Positions 11,994-23,713 are shown, numbered from the stretch's first letter. The stretch: 33,000 nucleotides of DNA from Laetmonice hystrix (GCA_965235115.1 OZ249437.1:22413001-22446000); one strand, 5' to 3'. The notes: generated by a model from the sequence alone, not told the origin. Made by a program: numbers and translations.

Positions 11994-12672
11994 AGCCGGG
12001 ACCGTTTGGACAAGGCGAATGTCTCTTGGGATAGTTGAAATTAGCCACAAATGATGTCCTCATTCATAAAAATGCCCTTTGTATGAATGGAAAAACAGTT
12101 CAGTTCAGTTCATTTTAAAACAGTGCTTCCATGCATCGGAATGGCTTGAACATAACGAGGTTCTTGCGTGAATTACGTGTAAAAACGTGGTTTTCCGGGC
12201 CCGCCTCAACACTGACTTTATTCTTTGTGAAGAGAAAGCGATCGTACCTCGTCAATGACAGCGTGCACCGTTCCAGGTAAAATCCGAATAATGATGCCCT
12301 TTATGAAGATTTTTTTACCTTAAAGAACACGGTGGCCTTGAAACCTAGATGTTCGGCTCAGGTTCATTACTTCCCCTCGTCCTATAAATATTTATAAAGG
12401 TTCACCTGTAACAAGACAGCTTGTTAAATGAGTTACAATAACACAGGAGTGTCGTTATGACAAGTATAATATTCTGTTAACAGCCATGTAGGACGTTCAG
12501 GGTTGAGACGGTTCCCAGACCTACTCCTCTGTAATTGTTGCCCAGTGTAGGTACCGCCTGTTGTCCGGGAACTCGGTAGTTATCAGGGTGGGTGGGTAGA
12601 GTTATTTGGGTATGTGATCTTCACAATACCTCAGACTAACCAAGTCACAGAATGCCAGCATGGCGGGCGGCA

Positions 12673-12823
12673 GTTGTTGCCTCCAGCCTGCGGAGGCGGG
12701 TTTTATAATGTTGTCGTTACCTCCAGCCTGCAGAGACGGGTTTTATAATGTTGTTACCTCCAGCCTGCAGAGGCGGGTTTTATAATGTTGTCGTTACCTC
12801 CAGCCTGCAGAGGCGGGTTTTAT
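12673..12823. repeat. 37-40-bp minisatellite, 4 copies
   Basis: Unit GTTG(TCG)TTRCCTCCAGCCTGCRGAGRCGGGTTTTATAAT. Confidence 0.92.
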
Positions 12824-13300
12824 GCCCAACCTGGGGGTCTGGATAGGAAGGTCAGCTCGTGACCCCCTGAAGTGACGAGGTGGTGGGGGAGGGTGACACC
12901 CTAGAACCCACCTGGGACCCACCTGGGCCAGGTGGGTGAGATGAAAGACCCGGTAGAAACTAGGCTGGCATCTCTTGTTCTAGTTTCAGGTTTCTTGTAA
13001 TTAGGACCACAAAGTTTCAAATAATGATTCAACATTGCTCTACAGAATGGTGAAGATACCCCCAAGGATTCCCCCACCGAGACTCTTAGCAGGTTGGTTT
13101 GATGCGTCAGGTTTGAGCTGTAATTACTTGTAATTACTTGTGTAATCAGATGTAATTACTCCATGTGTGGGAGATCTGAGACGGTGATCACATGGAGTAG
13201 CGTTTATAGACTCCGAGCGACTCCCTGGGCGATGGTGGCGCCTCCGCACGGGCAGGGAGGGACTTCAGATAGGAGGACCGTATAGGTAGAGACCTGGAGA

Positions 13301-13346
13301 CAGCTGGAGACAGCTGAAGGCAGCTGGAAGCAGCTGGAGGCAGCTG
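13301..13346. repeat. 10-bp repeat carrying five CAGCTG E-boxes
   Basis: CAGCTG at 13301, 13311, 13321, 13331 and 13341. Confidence 0.85.
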
Positions 13347-14840
13347 GACAGACAGGGTCACATCAAGTGTCAGGCCTTACCGCCAACAAACTTTAAAACA
13401 CCTGGTACGCAGGGTAAAAAAAAGTTATTGGCACGCATCGCATCGATCTCACTATAAAGTTATTAATTTGCACAGTTAACGAGAACTTTTGACTGTTGCC
13501 ATGTTCACAGGTTAGCGGGTTACCGTGCCAACAAAGGAAAAACATAGCCCAAGGTGAAGGTCATGCTTGAATAACCTTCACAGGTCAGAAGGCGATTTCA
13601 AAGTGATGCTACTCAAGCACTCAGGCCCAGAAGCCATAATGCCATAAGCCTTGGGCCACTTTCAATCATTAGTGCCAATTCAGCTGGATATGAGGTCATC
13701 GATGATAGGGATAGGGAATACAGAGTACATTACTGTTATCTTGGCCATATCCTGGACCCACATTACAGGTTAAAGGTCAGTTAATGTCTGTCTGTGGTTT
13801 CCCGCTGAAACCTGGCCTCCTCAGGTAAAACAAGAATCATGTTACATGAAGTATGCAACTGGAGGGGAAAGTAATTTGACCAGAAATTACCGACTAGAGA
13901 CCTCCTCTAATTACCGAGTGAGCAGCGTTAGCCTGAGGACAACATCTTGGTGAGGTGTTCGCGTCAAAGTGGCAGGTCTGAGACATGGTCGGGCCGAATG
14001 AGACGCTGGTCGTGTCGTCTGCCTGCCAGGACGTCATGTTAGACGTAATGGGTTCGGGACGTCCCGTGGTGGCCAGCCGGGGCCGGGAATGACTGTCCCT
14101 GAGGTATGTCCCGCCTGCCCGCCCAGTCAAACGGTCTGCCTGCCGTGTGAGGTGTCAGGCTGACGGTGTACGGTCATACTGTGCAGGAGTATGGGGAATC
14201 CTAGATGACGGATGGTCCATATGGGTATATTCATGATTTCTGTCAACATTTTTATAGAAACCTGTAATCAAAGCAGAAGGTAGCACTCTGAAGATAAGTC
14301 GGATTGACTGTGATTGAGAGTTGACACCGGCTGAAGTTGACTACAGTGAGGATATTGTAAATGTGCCCGCTGGCGGTCGGGCTGCAGCAAGCCGCTTCAT
14401 AAACGGGGCAAACTCGGTGTACGGTTCGGCAGTCTCCGGCTTGGTTCGGCAGCCTCCGGCTTGGTTCGGCAGGCTCTGGCCTGAGGCGGAAAGAGCTGAC
14501 CTCATACACACACACAAATACACAGATGGACACTTTTAGCGAATAATCGGAGTCGAGAATCTTTCTGATGAATAAATGTAACGTCTTCTACTCACTGATT
14601 AAATATTCCTTTTGTTTTTATGTAAAGAAAAAACAAAAATTACGAGTAAGTGTGTGCATGCATAACCATAAAATATACCTCTGGAAGGCAGGAGGATTTT
14701 TTACCCAAAGCTGTAGGCAATCAGTCATATAAAGTTTGGACAAAGCTATTATAATGTAGAGTATATGTATAGGGTGTATGATTTGTCTGTTAGTCATAAT
14801 TATGATCTCAGCCACGATGCCGTCCGCGAGGTTAGATCGA

Positions 14841-16114
14841 GGTGTGTGTAGTGTGGTCGAGTTGACAGGACTGGCTGACGCTCCGATACTTGGTGTGTGT
14901 AGTGTGGTCGTGTTGACAGGACTGGCTGACGCTCCGATACTTGGTGTGTGTAGTGTGGTCGAGTTGACAGGACTGGCTGACGCTCCGATACTTGGTGTGT
15001 GTAGTGTGGTCGAGTTGACAGGACTGGCTGACGCTCCGATACTTGGTGTGTGTAGTGTGGTCGAGTTGACAGGACGGATATCAGGGGACTGACTGGCTGA
15101 CGCTCCGATACTTGGTGTGTGTAGTGTGGTCGAGTTGACAGGACTGGCTGACGCTCCGATACTTGGTGTGTGTAGTGTGGTCGTGTTGACAGGACTGGCT
15201 GACGCTCCGATACTTGGTGTGTGTAGTGTGGTCGTGTTGACAAGACTGGCTGACGCTCCGATACTTGGTGTGTGTAGTGTGGTCGAGTTGACAGGACTGG
15301 CTGACGCTCCGATACTTGGTGTGTGTAGTGTGGTCGAGTTGCCAGGACGGATATCAGGAGACTGACTGGCTGACGCTCCGATACTTGGTGTGTGTAGTGT
15401 GGTCGAGTTGACAGGACTGGCTGACGCTCCGATACTTGGTGTGTGTAGTGTGGTCGTGTTGACAGGACTGGCTGACGCTCCGATACTTGGTGTGTGTAGT
15501 GTGGTCGTGTTGACAGGACTGGCTGACGCTCCGATACTTGGTGTGTGTAGTGTGGTCGAGTTGACAGGACTGGCTGACGCTCCGATACTTGGTGTGTGTA
15601 GTGTGGTCGAGTTGACAGGACGGATATCAGGGGACTGACTGGCTGACGCTCCGATACTTGGTGTGTGTAGTGTGGTCGAGTTGACAGGACTGGCTGACGC
15701 TCCGATACTTGGTGTGTGTAGTGTGGTCGAGTTGACAGGACTGGCTGACGCTCCGATACTTGGTGTGTGTAGTGTGGTCGAGTTGACAGGACTGACTGAC
15801 GCCCCGATACTTGGTGTGTGTAGTGTGGTCGAGTTGACAGGACTGGCTGACGCTCCGATACTTGGTGTGTGTAGTGTGGTCGAGTTGACAGGACTGGCTG
15901 ACGCTCCGATACTTGGTGTGTGTAGTGTGGTCGAGTTGACAGGACTGGCTGACGCTCCGATACTTGGTGTGTGTAGTGTGGTCGTGTTGACAGGACTGGC
16001 TGACGCTCCGATACTTGGTGTGTGTAGTGTGGTCGAGTTGACAGGACGGATACCAGGGGACTGACTGGCTGACGCTCCGATACTTGGTGTGTGTAGTGTG
16101 GTCGAGTTGACAGG
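14841..16114. repeat. 51-bp minisatellite with four 69-bp variants, ~23.6 units, higher-order structure
   Basis: Unit GGTGTGTGTAGTGTGGTCG(A/T)GTTGACAGGACTGGCTGACGCTCCGATACTT; 18-bp insert near 15075, 15348, 15621 and 16047. Confidence 0.97.
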
Positions 16115-16427
16115 AAGGATTCCAGCCCGAGAGGTTGTCGAGTCTGTCACATCCTCTCGGCCATTGAAAAATGGCTGTCACAGCTGCGGTCACTCAGTGT
16201 CCACTTAAACGGTCATTGAGCGGGACCCCCGGGTCAGCCTGACCATCTTTCACGGCGTCTTGACCGACTTTACCGACCTCGGGTGTCGTCTACCAACGTT
16301 ACTGACAGCTGAGTCAGATTTCATGTGGTCACGTCAGACCGGGTAGAGACTAGCGTAGATCATGGTGCAGCAGGCAGGGGGACCTTTTAGTAAGACGGTT
16401 AATAGAAATGTGAACGAGTATATGAAT

Positions 16428-16720
16428 ATAGGTGGTGCAGCAATCAAGCACTTTTTGAGTGTCATAGATGGTGCAGCAATTAGAGACTTCAGTGTCATAG
16501 ATGGTGCAGCAATTAGAGACTTCAGTGCCATAGGTGGTGCAGCAATCAGGCACTTTCGAGTGTCATAGATGGTGCAGCAATTAGAGACTTCAGTGTCATG
16601 TCATAGGTGGTGCAGCAACCAGGCACTTTCGAGTGCAGCAATTAGAGACTTCATTGTCATAGATGGTGCAGCAATCAGACTTCAGTGACATAGAGGGTGT
16701 CGCAATCAGGGACTTCTGAG
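16428..16720. repeat. 33-35-bp degenerate minisatellite, ~8 copies
   Basis: ATAG(A/G)TGGTGCAGCAAT followed by TAGAGACTTCAGTGTC or CAGGCACTTTCGAGTGTC. Confidence 0.9.
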
Positions 16721-16925
16721 TGAGAGAATCAGAGAATCAGATGGTGTAGAAATAGAGAGAACTTGATTGGTAAAAATTCATCAACAGAGGTCGCACATAG
16801 GTGGTGTTGGAGAACGTTGACGGATTCATAACTGGCCGGAATTATTGCAATAGGCCTATGTTTGAGGATAGACTTGGTGTTGAGACGTGTTTGTACTGTA
16901 TGTGAGCGACAGAGCTGAATGTGTT

Positions 16926-17210
16926 AGAATATTTCAGACCCTGTAGTCCTGTCACAGACCCTGTAGTCCTGAGAATATTTCAGACCCTGTAGTCCTGAGA
17001 ATATTTCAGACCCTGTAGTCCTGTCACAGACCCTGTAGTCCTGAGAATATTTCAGACCCTGTAGTCCTGTCACAGACCCTGTAGTCCTGAGAATATTTCA
17101 GACCCTGTAGTCCTGTCACAGACCCTGTAGTCCTGAGAATATTTCAGACCCTGTAGTCCTGTCACAGACCCTGTAGTCCTGAGAATATTTCAGACCCTGT
17201 AGTCCTGTCA
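16926..17210. repeat. Composite 20/26-bp minisatellite (46-bp dimer)
   Basis: Core CAGACCCTGTAGTCCT followed, mostly alternately, by GTCA or GAGAATATTT. Confidence 0.94.
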
Positions 17211-17908
17211 CTGTGAACGTTATTTAGTAAAACCAATAAATGACCACCGTTTGTGGTGGTTGTTGTATGCCGGGCCCCGTGAATTATCTCCATTGACAGG
17301 AGACCGTCTTGGAGTGTGCCTGGTGGCCATGGCGAGCGTGTCGCCAGTCGTGGCCGCCAGATGTCGCTGTCACATACTGGTGACTCGTGCAGGAATCGTG
17401 CCGACCCAGTAGGGCCCCAAACACGGGCGCCGACAGTCTGGTACGGGTGTAAACTGTGAGAGATTTGATCCGGCGGCCTGCTGTACCGGCTCCTGGGGTC
17501 TGGCGGGGCCTGCTACACCGGCTGCTGGCGGGGCAGCTAACGGTGGAAACAAGGAACCGTACAGTGACAACGGTTCTGTCTAGTCTCCTTGGTGAGACGC
17601 AAGATACAACCTGTAGAATACTCCATACACTAGTCTCCAACGCCCAGACCATTGTTTTAACATATTCATGGTCTCTTCGTTAATGTGTGTGTCAGCCGCG
17701 GGATTTGGACAAATGACGCGTAAAAAATGTTGTCATTTATACTTGCTGTAAAGGTGATGTTTTTACCGGGTCCAATAGTGTCCTGGTGTCCTTCACCAGG
17801 CAAACTGACCGCCATGATATGACCAGCGAAACTAGACCAGCCGACGTTTCCAGTCTCGTTGATATGACCCTGGCTGTGTGTGAGGTGTAAACGTGCAATC
17901 CCCTAGAT

Positions 17909-17953
17909 CCCCTCCCGGCAGAGCCCCTCCCGGCAGAGCCCCTCCCGGCAGAG
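17909..17953. repeat. 15-bp repeat x3
   Basis: CCCCTCCCGGCAGAG x3. Confidence 0.9.
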
Positions 17954-18109
17954 CTACCCCAAACGATCCGGGATAAGGCAGTTAGATCCCTCCGTCTCAC
18001 TCAGACCAGTGAATGGTGGCGATGTAGAAAAGATTTATCCCTGTTACACCTGAGCGTTTATTCCCTCGGTGGCCTCGGTTTGAAACAAGTTCATCTCTCA
18101 CCCGGCCTG

Positions 18110-18424
18110 CCTTTATTGTGTACAGAAAGACTTCAAGTTCTCCTCCAGTAGATCCCTTCATTGTGTACAGAAAGACTTCAAGTTCTCCTCCAGTAGATCC
18201 CTTTATTGTGTACAGAAAGACTTCAAGTTCTCCTCCAGTAGATCCCTTTATTGTGTACAGAAAGACTTCAAGTTCTCCTCCAGTAGATCCCTTCATTGTG
18301 TACAGAAAGACTTCAAGTTCTCCTCCAGTAGATCCCTTTATTGTGTACAGAAAGACTTCAAGTTCTCCTCCAGTAGATCCCTTCATTGTGTACAGAAAGA
18401 CTTCAAGTTCTCCTCCAGTAGATC
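18110..18424. repeat. 45-bp minisatellite, exactly 7 copies
   Basis: Unit CCTTYATTGTGTACAGAAAGACTTCAAGTTCTCCTCCAGTAGATC. Confidence 0.97.
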
Positions 18425-18910
18425 AGTCCGCTGAGATCGGGGTAGATGTCAGGGTGTCGGATATAAAGGCCGCTGTGAATGGCTCCTCACAACACTGGAT
18501 GACTTGCCGGCGGGTAAAACCTCCGGGGATAGGGACTCTATGATACGGACCCCACTATGGGCTCCTTCAGCCTTTAATAAGTCAAGGATCCACTGGCAGG
18601 GTCCGACCCTCAACCTGAGACTGGGCGGAGGGAGGGCGGGTGGAGGTTGGAGTGGTGTGTGAAGTTCTTCCTGAGCTCCCAGCCGGATCACGGCGTATTG
18701 ATACAGCTGCCCGCGGCAGTAAACCGCCCGTCGCCCGTTAAGGGTCAGTTGAGATTGGCCGCCAATCAAGTGGAGAGTTCTCTGCTGGGAGCTCGACCGG
18801 ACGGACGTAAACCCGGGTGGGAATCTCCTCACAGAGACCAGCTGCCATCTGGTCGTGTCGTAAGCCTGTGGTGGCGAGTGGGTGTGCACAGATTCTTCAC
18901 TCGGTAAGGG

Positions 18911-19224
18911 AAACAACCAGGCTGGATCTACGTAAACCTCTAACTACGCAAACAACCAGGCTGGATCTACGTAAACCTCTAACTACGCAAACAACCAGGC
19001 TGGATCTACGTAAACCTCTAACTACGCAAACAACCAGGCTGGATCTACGTAAACCTCTAACCATACAAACAACCAGGCTGGATCTACGTAAACCTCTAAC
19101 TACGCAAACAACCAGGCTGGATCTACGTAAACCTCTAACTACGCAAACAACCAGGCTGGATCTACGTAAACCTCTAACCACACAAACAACCAGGCTGGAT
19201 CTACGTAAACCTCTAACCACACAA
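18911..19224. repeat. 39-bp minisatellite, 8 copies
   Basis: Unit AAACAACCAGGCTGGATCTACGTAAACCTCTAACTACGC. Confidence 0.97.
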
Positions 19225-20101
19225 TTACGATAGCCTCTCCGAAATCAGGGACCCCTGCTCAACGAGAAATCTAGAATCGTTTTAGGAAACTGTCCAATTA
19301 GAAAACCGTAAACTTGTTGAGATGTGAGAGTTGGTGGTTTCGCACCATGTCGGCAACTAATGTCATCTTATGACAGTGACAGTCTTCCCTAACGATCTCT
19401 TATTCTGTCAAGTGCTGACGTCTCATACTTAACGTCAAGGAGCAGAAAGCAGTACTTTTCAATGAGAACACGCCAGTAATGTTAACCCACATGCTGCCTA
19501 GTAATTGATATTTATGACATGAGTTTCCACCGTAAGACAATTAGTGCGTGACGAGCGTTTGTCCATATATTATGTTCGGTGTTAATGAGACTTGTGGTTA
19601 TATATCAGAGTTGGAATCGTTGCTGTAGGCACACCTTGCACGGACCGAACACTCGTGGGTCGACTGGCAGGCCTCACTGTAACGTAAAGGGGAGTTGCCC
19701 CACAGTCAAAATTACGAACTTGGGTTAAGGTCATCACATATGATTACGTGCTGTTAGCAGAACAAGCAATCAGAAACGAGTTAAGTTTCAGCAAGATTTG
19801 AGAACCAGGCCAATGTTGTTAACCTCCAACTCTCATTCTTCTGTGCCGTTAACCAGAGACAGATTGCGCTCAGTTTAATCCAACTAATGTAAATAAACGT
19901 TAACCAGTCCTCATACCAGGGATAAACTGAGAGCTCACTCTAATCCCCAAACATATGCAACCCAGAGGAACGCCACAGCAGTTGGCGCGGCAGATGGCAA
20001 CACCTGCTCTATCCCAGCTGTAAATTTGCCACAATCTGTCGGTTTCTCACAACAGGAACAGATGGAGAACATCGGTATTAGAACTTGAGATTTGAGTGGA
20101 C

Positions 20102-20390
20102 ATGAGGCACACCAAGCTTGGGGGAGAATGAGGCACACCAAGCTTGGAGAATGAGGCACACCAAGCTTGGAGAATGAGGCACACCAAGCTTGGAGAATGA
20201 GGCACACCAAGCTTGGGGGAGAATGAGGCACACCAAGCTTGGAGAATGAGGCACACCAAGCTTGGAGAATGAGGCACACCAAGCTTGGAGAATGAGGCAC
20301 ACCAAGCTTGGAGAATGAGGCACACCAAGCTTGGAGAATGAGGCACACCAAGCTTGGGGAATGAGGCACACCAAGCTTGGAGAATGAGGC
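20102..20390. repeat. 23-bp minisatellite with 26-bp variants, ~12 copies
   Basis: Unit ATGAGGCACACCAAGCTTGGAGA; contains the perfect palindrome CCAAGCTTGG. Confidence 0.96.
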
Positions 20391-20681
20391 ATTCCAGGCC
20401 AGGACCAGACACAACAATACAGTGTTTCTGGAGGAGATCTAGTTTACAGTGGTTATTTATTGACGTACCATGAACTAGACGCAGACATTTAAGCTTTACT
20501 AGAATGTTGAGACAGATTCAGTAATTGGGAGCCTGGTATCTCCCTGAATATGGAAGAGACCACGCTGAACGAACTATCGATTGGTGCCAATTGTCTCACT
20601 TGGTGAAAACAAAGAGCAAAGATTGTGTTACTGTCCCAACGAGAGGCACGAAATGGTCGTCTAGGAGTGGTCGTCTGGGAG

Positions 20682-20753
20682 TGGTCGTCGGCGAGGGTCG
20701 TCGGCGAGTGGTCGTCGGCGAGTGGTCGTCGGCGAGTGGTCGTCGGCGAGTGG
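20682..20753. repeat. 14-bp repeat, ~5 copies
   Basis: TGGTCGTCGGCGAG repeated, with two degenerate copies just upstream. Confidence 0.9.
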
Positions 20754-21404
20754 TTGGTTAGGTGGGTGGGACCACTCGTCGAGCTGTGGAGACATGTGAT
20801 CTAGGATGGAATGGTATCCTTAAACTCCAGCTCCTTCAGCAGCAGAATCAGCAGGAGCAGGACAACAGCAGACAAAAGCTGTTGACTGCCATGAGCCACA
20901 GACAATGTTTCCCGGCGAACAATACCGACACAGATGGTGTTCCAATAGTTTCCACGGAACGAATTCCGATGGACGACGGCGTGTTTTCAGTCAGTCTATT
21001 GTTGTGTTTCGATTTTAGGGGTGTTCACCCCCCCCCCCTATTGTTGTCGGTGGGCGCGGGGAGTGCGGGAGTTACAGTGGTGACAGGGTGACGAATGACC
21101 AGAGATTTCTAGCCAAGGAACCAACAACAGTCTTAGACTTATCTATCACAAAACCATTACTCTACTGACCACTGGAGGAGCGCTGGGAATACAGCTGACC
21201 GCTGACCACTGTCCGGCGGGGAGAGGCAGGCGAAAGGGTCAATAGTAATTCGGTGTGGGATATTGTATGAATAGGGAGAAAGGTAGCATTGGTGTGCTGA
21301 GAGAGATGTAATTGATGGTAGGGTGAGGGCGAGGTTGTGCAGTGACTATCTGGCCGTGTGGCCCCAGTTCACGGCCACCGACTGATTGATCGGCCGGCGG
21401 TCAG

Positions 21405-21828
21405 GGCCAGGCGGCCCGGACCGACTCATTCTGTCCGGTCAGGCGGCCCGGACCGACTCATTCTGTCCCGGACCGACTCCTTCTGTCCCTGCCAGGCAGC
21501 CCGGACCGATTCATTCTGTCCCGGCCAGGTGGCCCGGACCGACTCGTTCTGTCCCGGACCGACTCATTCTGTCCCTGCCAGGCAGCCCGGACCGATTCAT
21601 TCTGTCCCGGCCAGGTGGCCCGGACCGACTCGTTCTGTCCCGGACCGACTCGTTCTGTCCCGGACCGACTCATTCTTCCCGGCCAGGCGGCCCGGACCGA
21701 CTCATTCTGTCCCGGCCAGGCGGCCCGGACCGACTCATTCTTCCCGGCCAGGCGGCCCGGAGCGACTCATTCTGTCCCGGCCAGGTGGCCCGGACTGACT
21801 CGTCTATCCCGGACCGACCCATTCTGTC
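21405..21828. repeat. Composite 20/33-bp minisatellite
   Basis: CCCGGACCGACTCATTCTGT units with an optional CCCGGCCAGG(C/T)GG block. Confidence 0.94.
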
Positions 21829-22321
21829 CTGGCAGCTTTGGTTTGTCCGTGTTTGGCCGGGTTGTAGGTGTCAGGGAGTGGGACTCCTTGCCAGCTCTAC
21901 AACATAAACACCTGGGGCTGGTTTCCAGTCACATTTGAGACCCCCAAATAGACACCGTCCTTGCATAACCGTTTTATTTTGTAGGCAGTTGGTCAGACCT
22001 TTCACGGCCCAAGTTAGGCAAGGGGCTTGCATTCCTGAAAACGCAGGAGACAGGCTTATAAATGAATGAGAAAGACTTCTGTTCTCCCATTGCTGGGTGT
22101 GGTATCGACCTTCGTCTGACCTTGAAGGTCTGACCGTGAGAAGTTCCCGCTGCCACTGTGGTCGCCCCTACCCCCAACCCAACCTCTCCACCTCCGTGCC
22201 ACTCCCTCAGGTGTGAGGTCCTCCTCGGACCAGTGCTTGCCCAACTGACCTAACTAGCCTACAGTCACCGCTGTAATCGTGTCACGTCACGTCTCAAGGT
22301 AGGTCGACGTGACCCACTTAC

Positions 22322-22349
22322 GCTGACCGCTGTTGTCATGCCGTTTGAT
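22322..22349 (-). other. Candidate 28-nt micro-exon
   Basis: Minus strand: CTTCCCCCTGTACATTTTCTCAACACCAG | ATCAAACGGCATGACAACAGCGGTCAGC | GTAAGT; splice signals only. Confidence 0.25.
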
Positions 22350-22546
22350 CTGGTGTTGAGAAAATGTACAGGGGGAAGTTGCCGCCATGGAGACTGACCC
22401 GGCCCTAGTACCCCCCCCCCCCCCGGCGTCCGACCTGCCAAGCTGACCCAGGACGAGCCCAGATTAAAACGAGTTCTCAGATGATTACCACACCGACAAT
22501 AAGCGTCAATTTGTACCCTGAGATCGCTGTCAGTATGTGGCTCAGT

Positions 22547-22560
22547 CCGCCAGAGGGCGC
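22547..22560 (+). promoter_or_regulatory. CTCF-consensus motif
   Basis: CCGCCAGAGGGCGC matches the CTCF core CCRSYAGRKGGCRS; motif match only. Confidence 0.5.
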
Positions 22561-22758
22561 GTTGTTTGGTCTGTCAATCATGGGCCAGTGCGCCTGTCCC
22601 TCCCCTGCCCCGGTCAGTAGGTGTATACTGCACCCAAGACCTTCCCAGACCCGATTTAAAAAAAGTTAAATTCTTGCTTAACCTTAGATCTCAGTTTTAA
22701 GTTTAAGCAAGAGCTTAAACGTAGACAAGAACTCGTCAACAAGAAACTGTGTCCCAGG

Positions 22759-22827
22759 ACGGCACTAGGACCGATCAGCCACAGTTAGCAACGGCACTAG
22801 GACCGATCAGCCACAGTTAGCAACGGC
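22759..22827. repeat. 32-bp two-copy tandem duplication
   Basis: ACGGCACTAGGACCGATCAGCCACAGTTAGCA x2 followed by ACGGC. Confidence 0.93.
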
Positions 22828-23157
22828 CTGGCCACAATACTACATCACGCATGACAGCTGCAGTTGTGTGCGTCTTTCTCAGCTGAAAGTGCCATTTGGT
22901 GTATAGAAATCCAAGTTTCATGTTGAAGTTTTTGTTTGAAATTGACAAGAGATGTTGCAAGAGAGAACATGAAAGAGAAATTAGTACAACCCCTTTAGGG
23001 TTTGCGATCATACCTCACGTAGTTGTAGATCTGCCTTTCCCTACCTAGGACTGTGGATAGTTGAACCATCTCTATAAGATACTTTCTCGTATGATGAATG
23101 TGTTACTCAACAGTAAGCAATAAAACATCGAAAATATAGGACCAACGTGCCACTGTG

Positions 23158-23503
23158 GGGGGTAGAAATATAGGTCAGTAAGACATGGGTGGGGTAGAAA
23201 TATAGGTCAGTAAGGCATGGATGGCATAGAAATATAGGTCAGTAAGGCATGGGCAGGGTAGAAATATAGGTCAGTAAGACATGGGTGGGGGAGAAATATA
23301 GGTCAGTAAGGCATGGGTGGGGGAGAAATATAGGTCAGTAAGGCATGGGCGGGGTAGAAATATAGGTCAGTAAGGCATGGGTGGGGTAGAAATATAGGTC
23401 AGTAAGGCATGGATGGGGTGGAAATATAGGTCAGTAAGGCATGGGTGGGGGAGAAATATAGGTCAGTAAGGCATGGGTGGGGGAGAAATATAGGTCAGTA
23501 AGG
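23158..23503. repeat. 31-32-bp minisatellite, 11 copies
   Basis: Unit AGAAATATAGGTCAGTAAGGCATGGGTGGGGT. Confidence 0.96.
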
Positions 23504-23713
23504 CCAGCCGCTCTCCCGCCCCCCTGCCCGCTCGGTGTGCCCGCACGGCCCGCCTGGTAAGGCGTGGCAGGGGGACCGGGTGGTCGGCCGCGATAAGAGG
23601 GGCCGAGGCTTTCCGCTCCCCCCTTGTCCTCATCAACGTCTCTCATTAACTGAGTAATTAGTCAGGTTTGGCGTCGGGCGTGAAAGTCACACTCCATCCG
23701 GCTCGTATTGACA

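Noticed and set aside
14618-16150. 510-aa mucin-like Ser/Thr-rich ORF with NST sequons
   Set aside because: It is almost entirely minisatellite, has a non-ATG start and no signal peptide or clear acceptor, and visible unit variants mostly change amino acids. Only about a quarter to a third of arrays here have unit lengths divisible by 3, as chance predicts.
16926-17210. ACCCTGTAG similarity to the 5' end of miR-10
   Set aside because: Only 9 nt match, inside a tandem repeat, with no precursor hairpin.
20762-21091. Gln-rich ORF, and a hydrophobic stretch on the opposite strand
   Set aside because: Both arise from a short CAG-rich low-complexity patch, with no convincing splice signals or homology.
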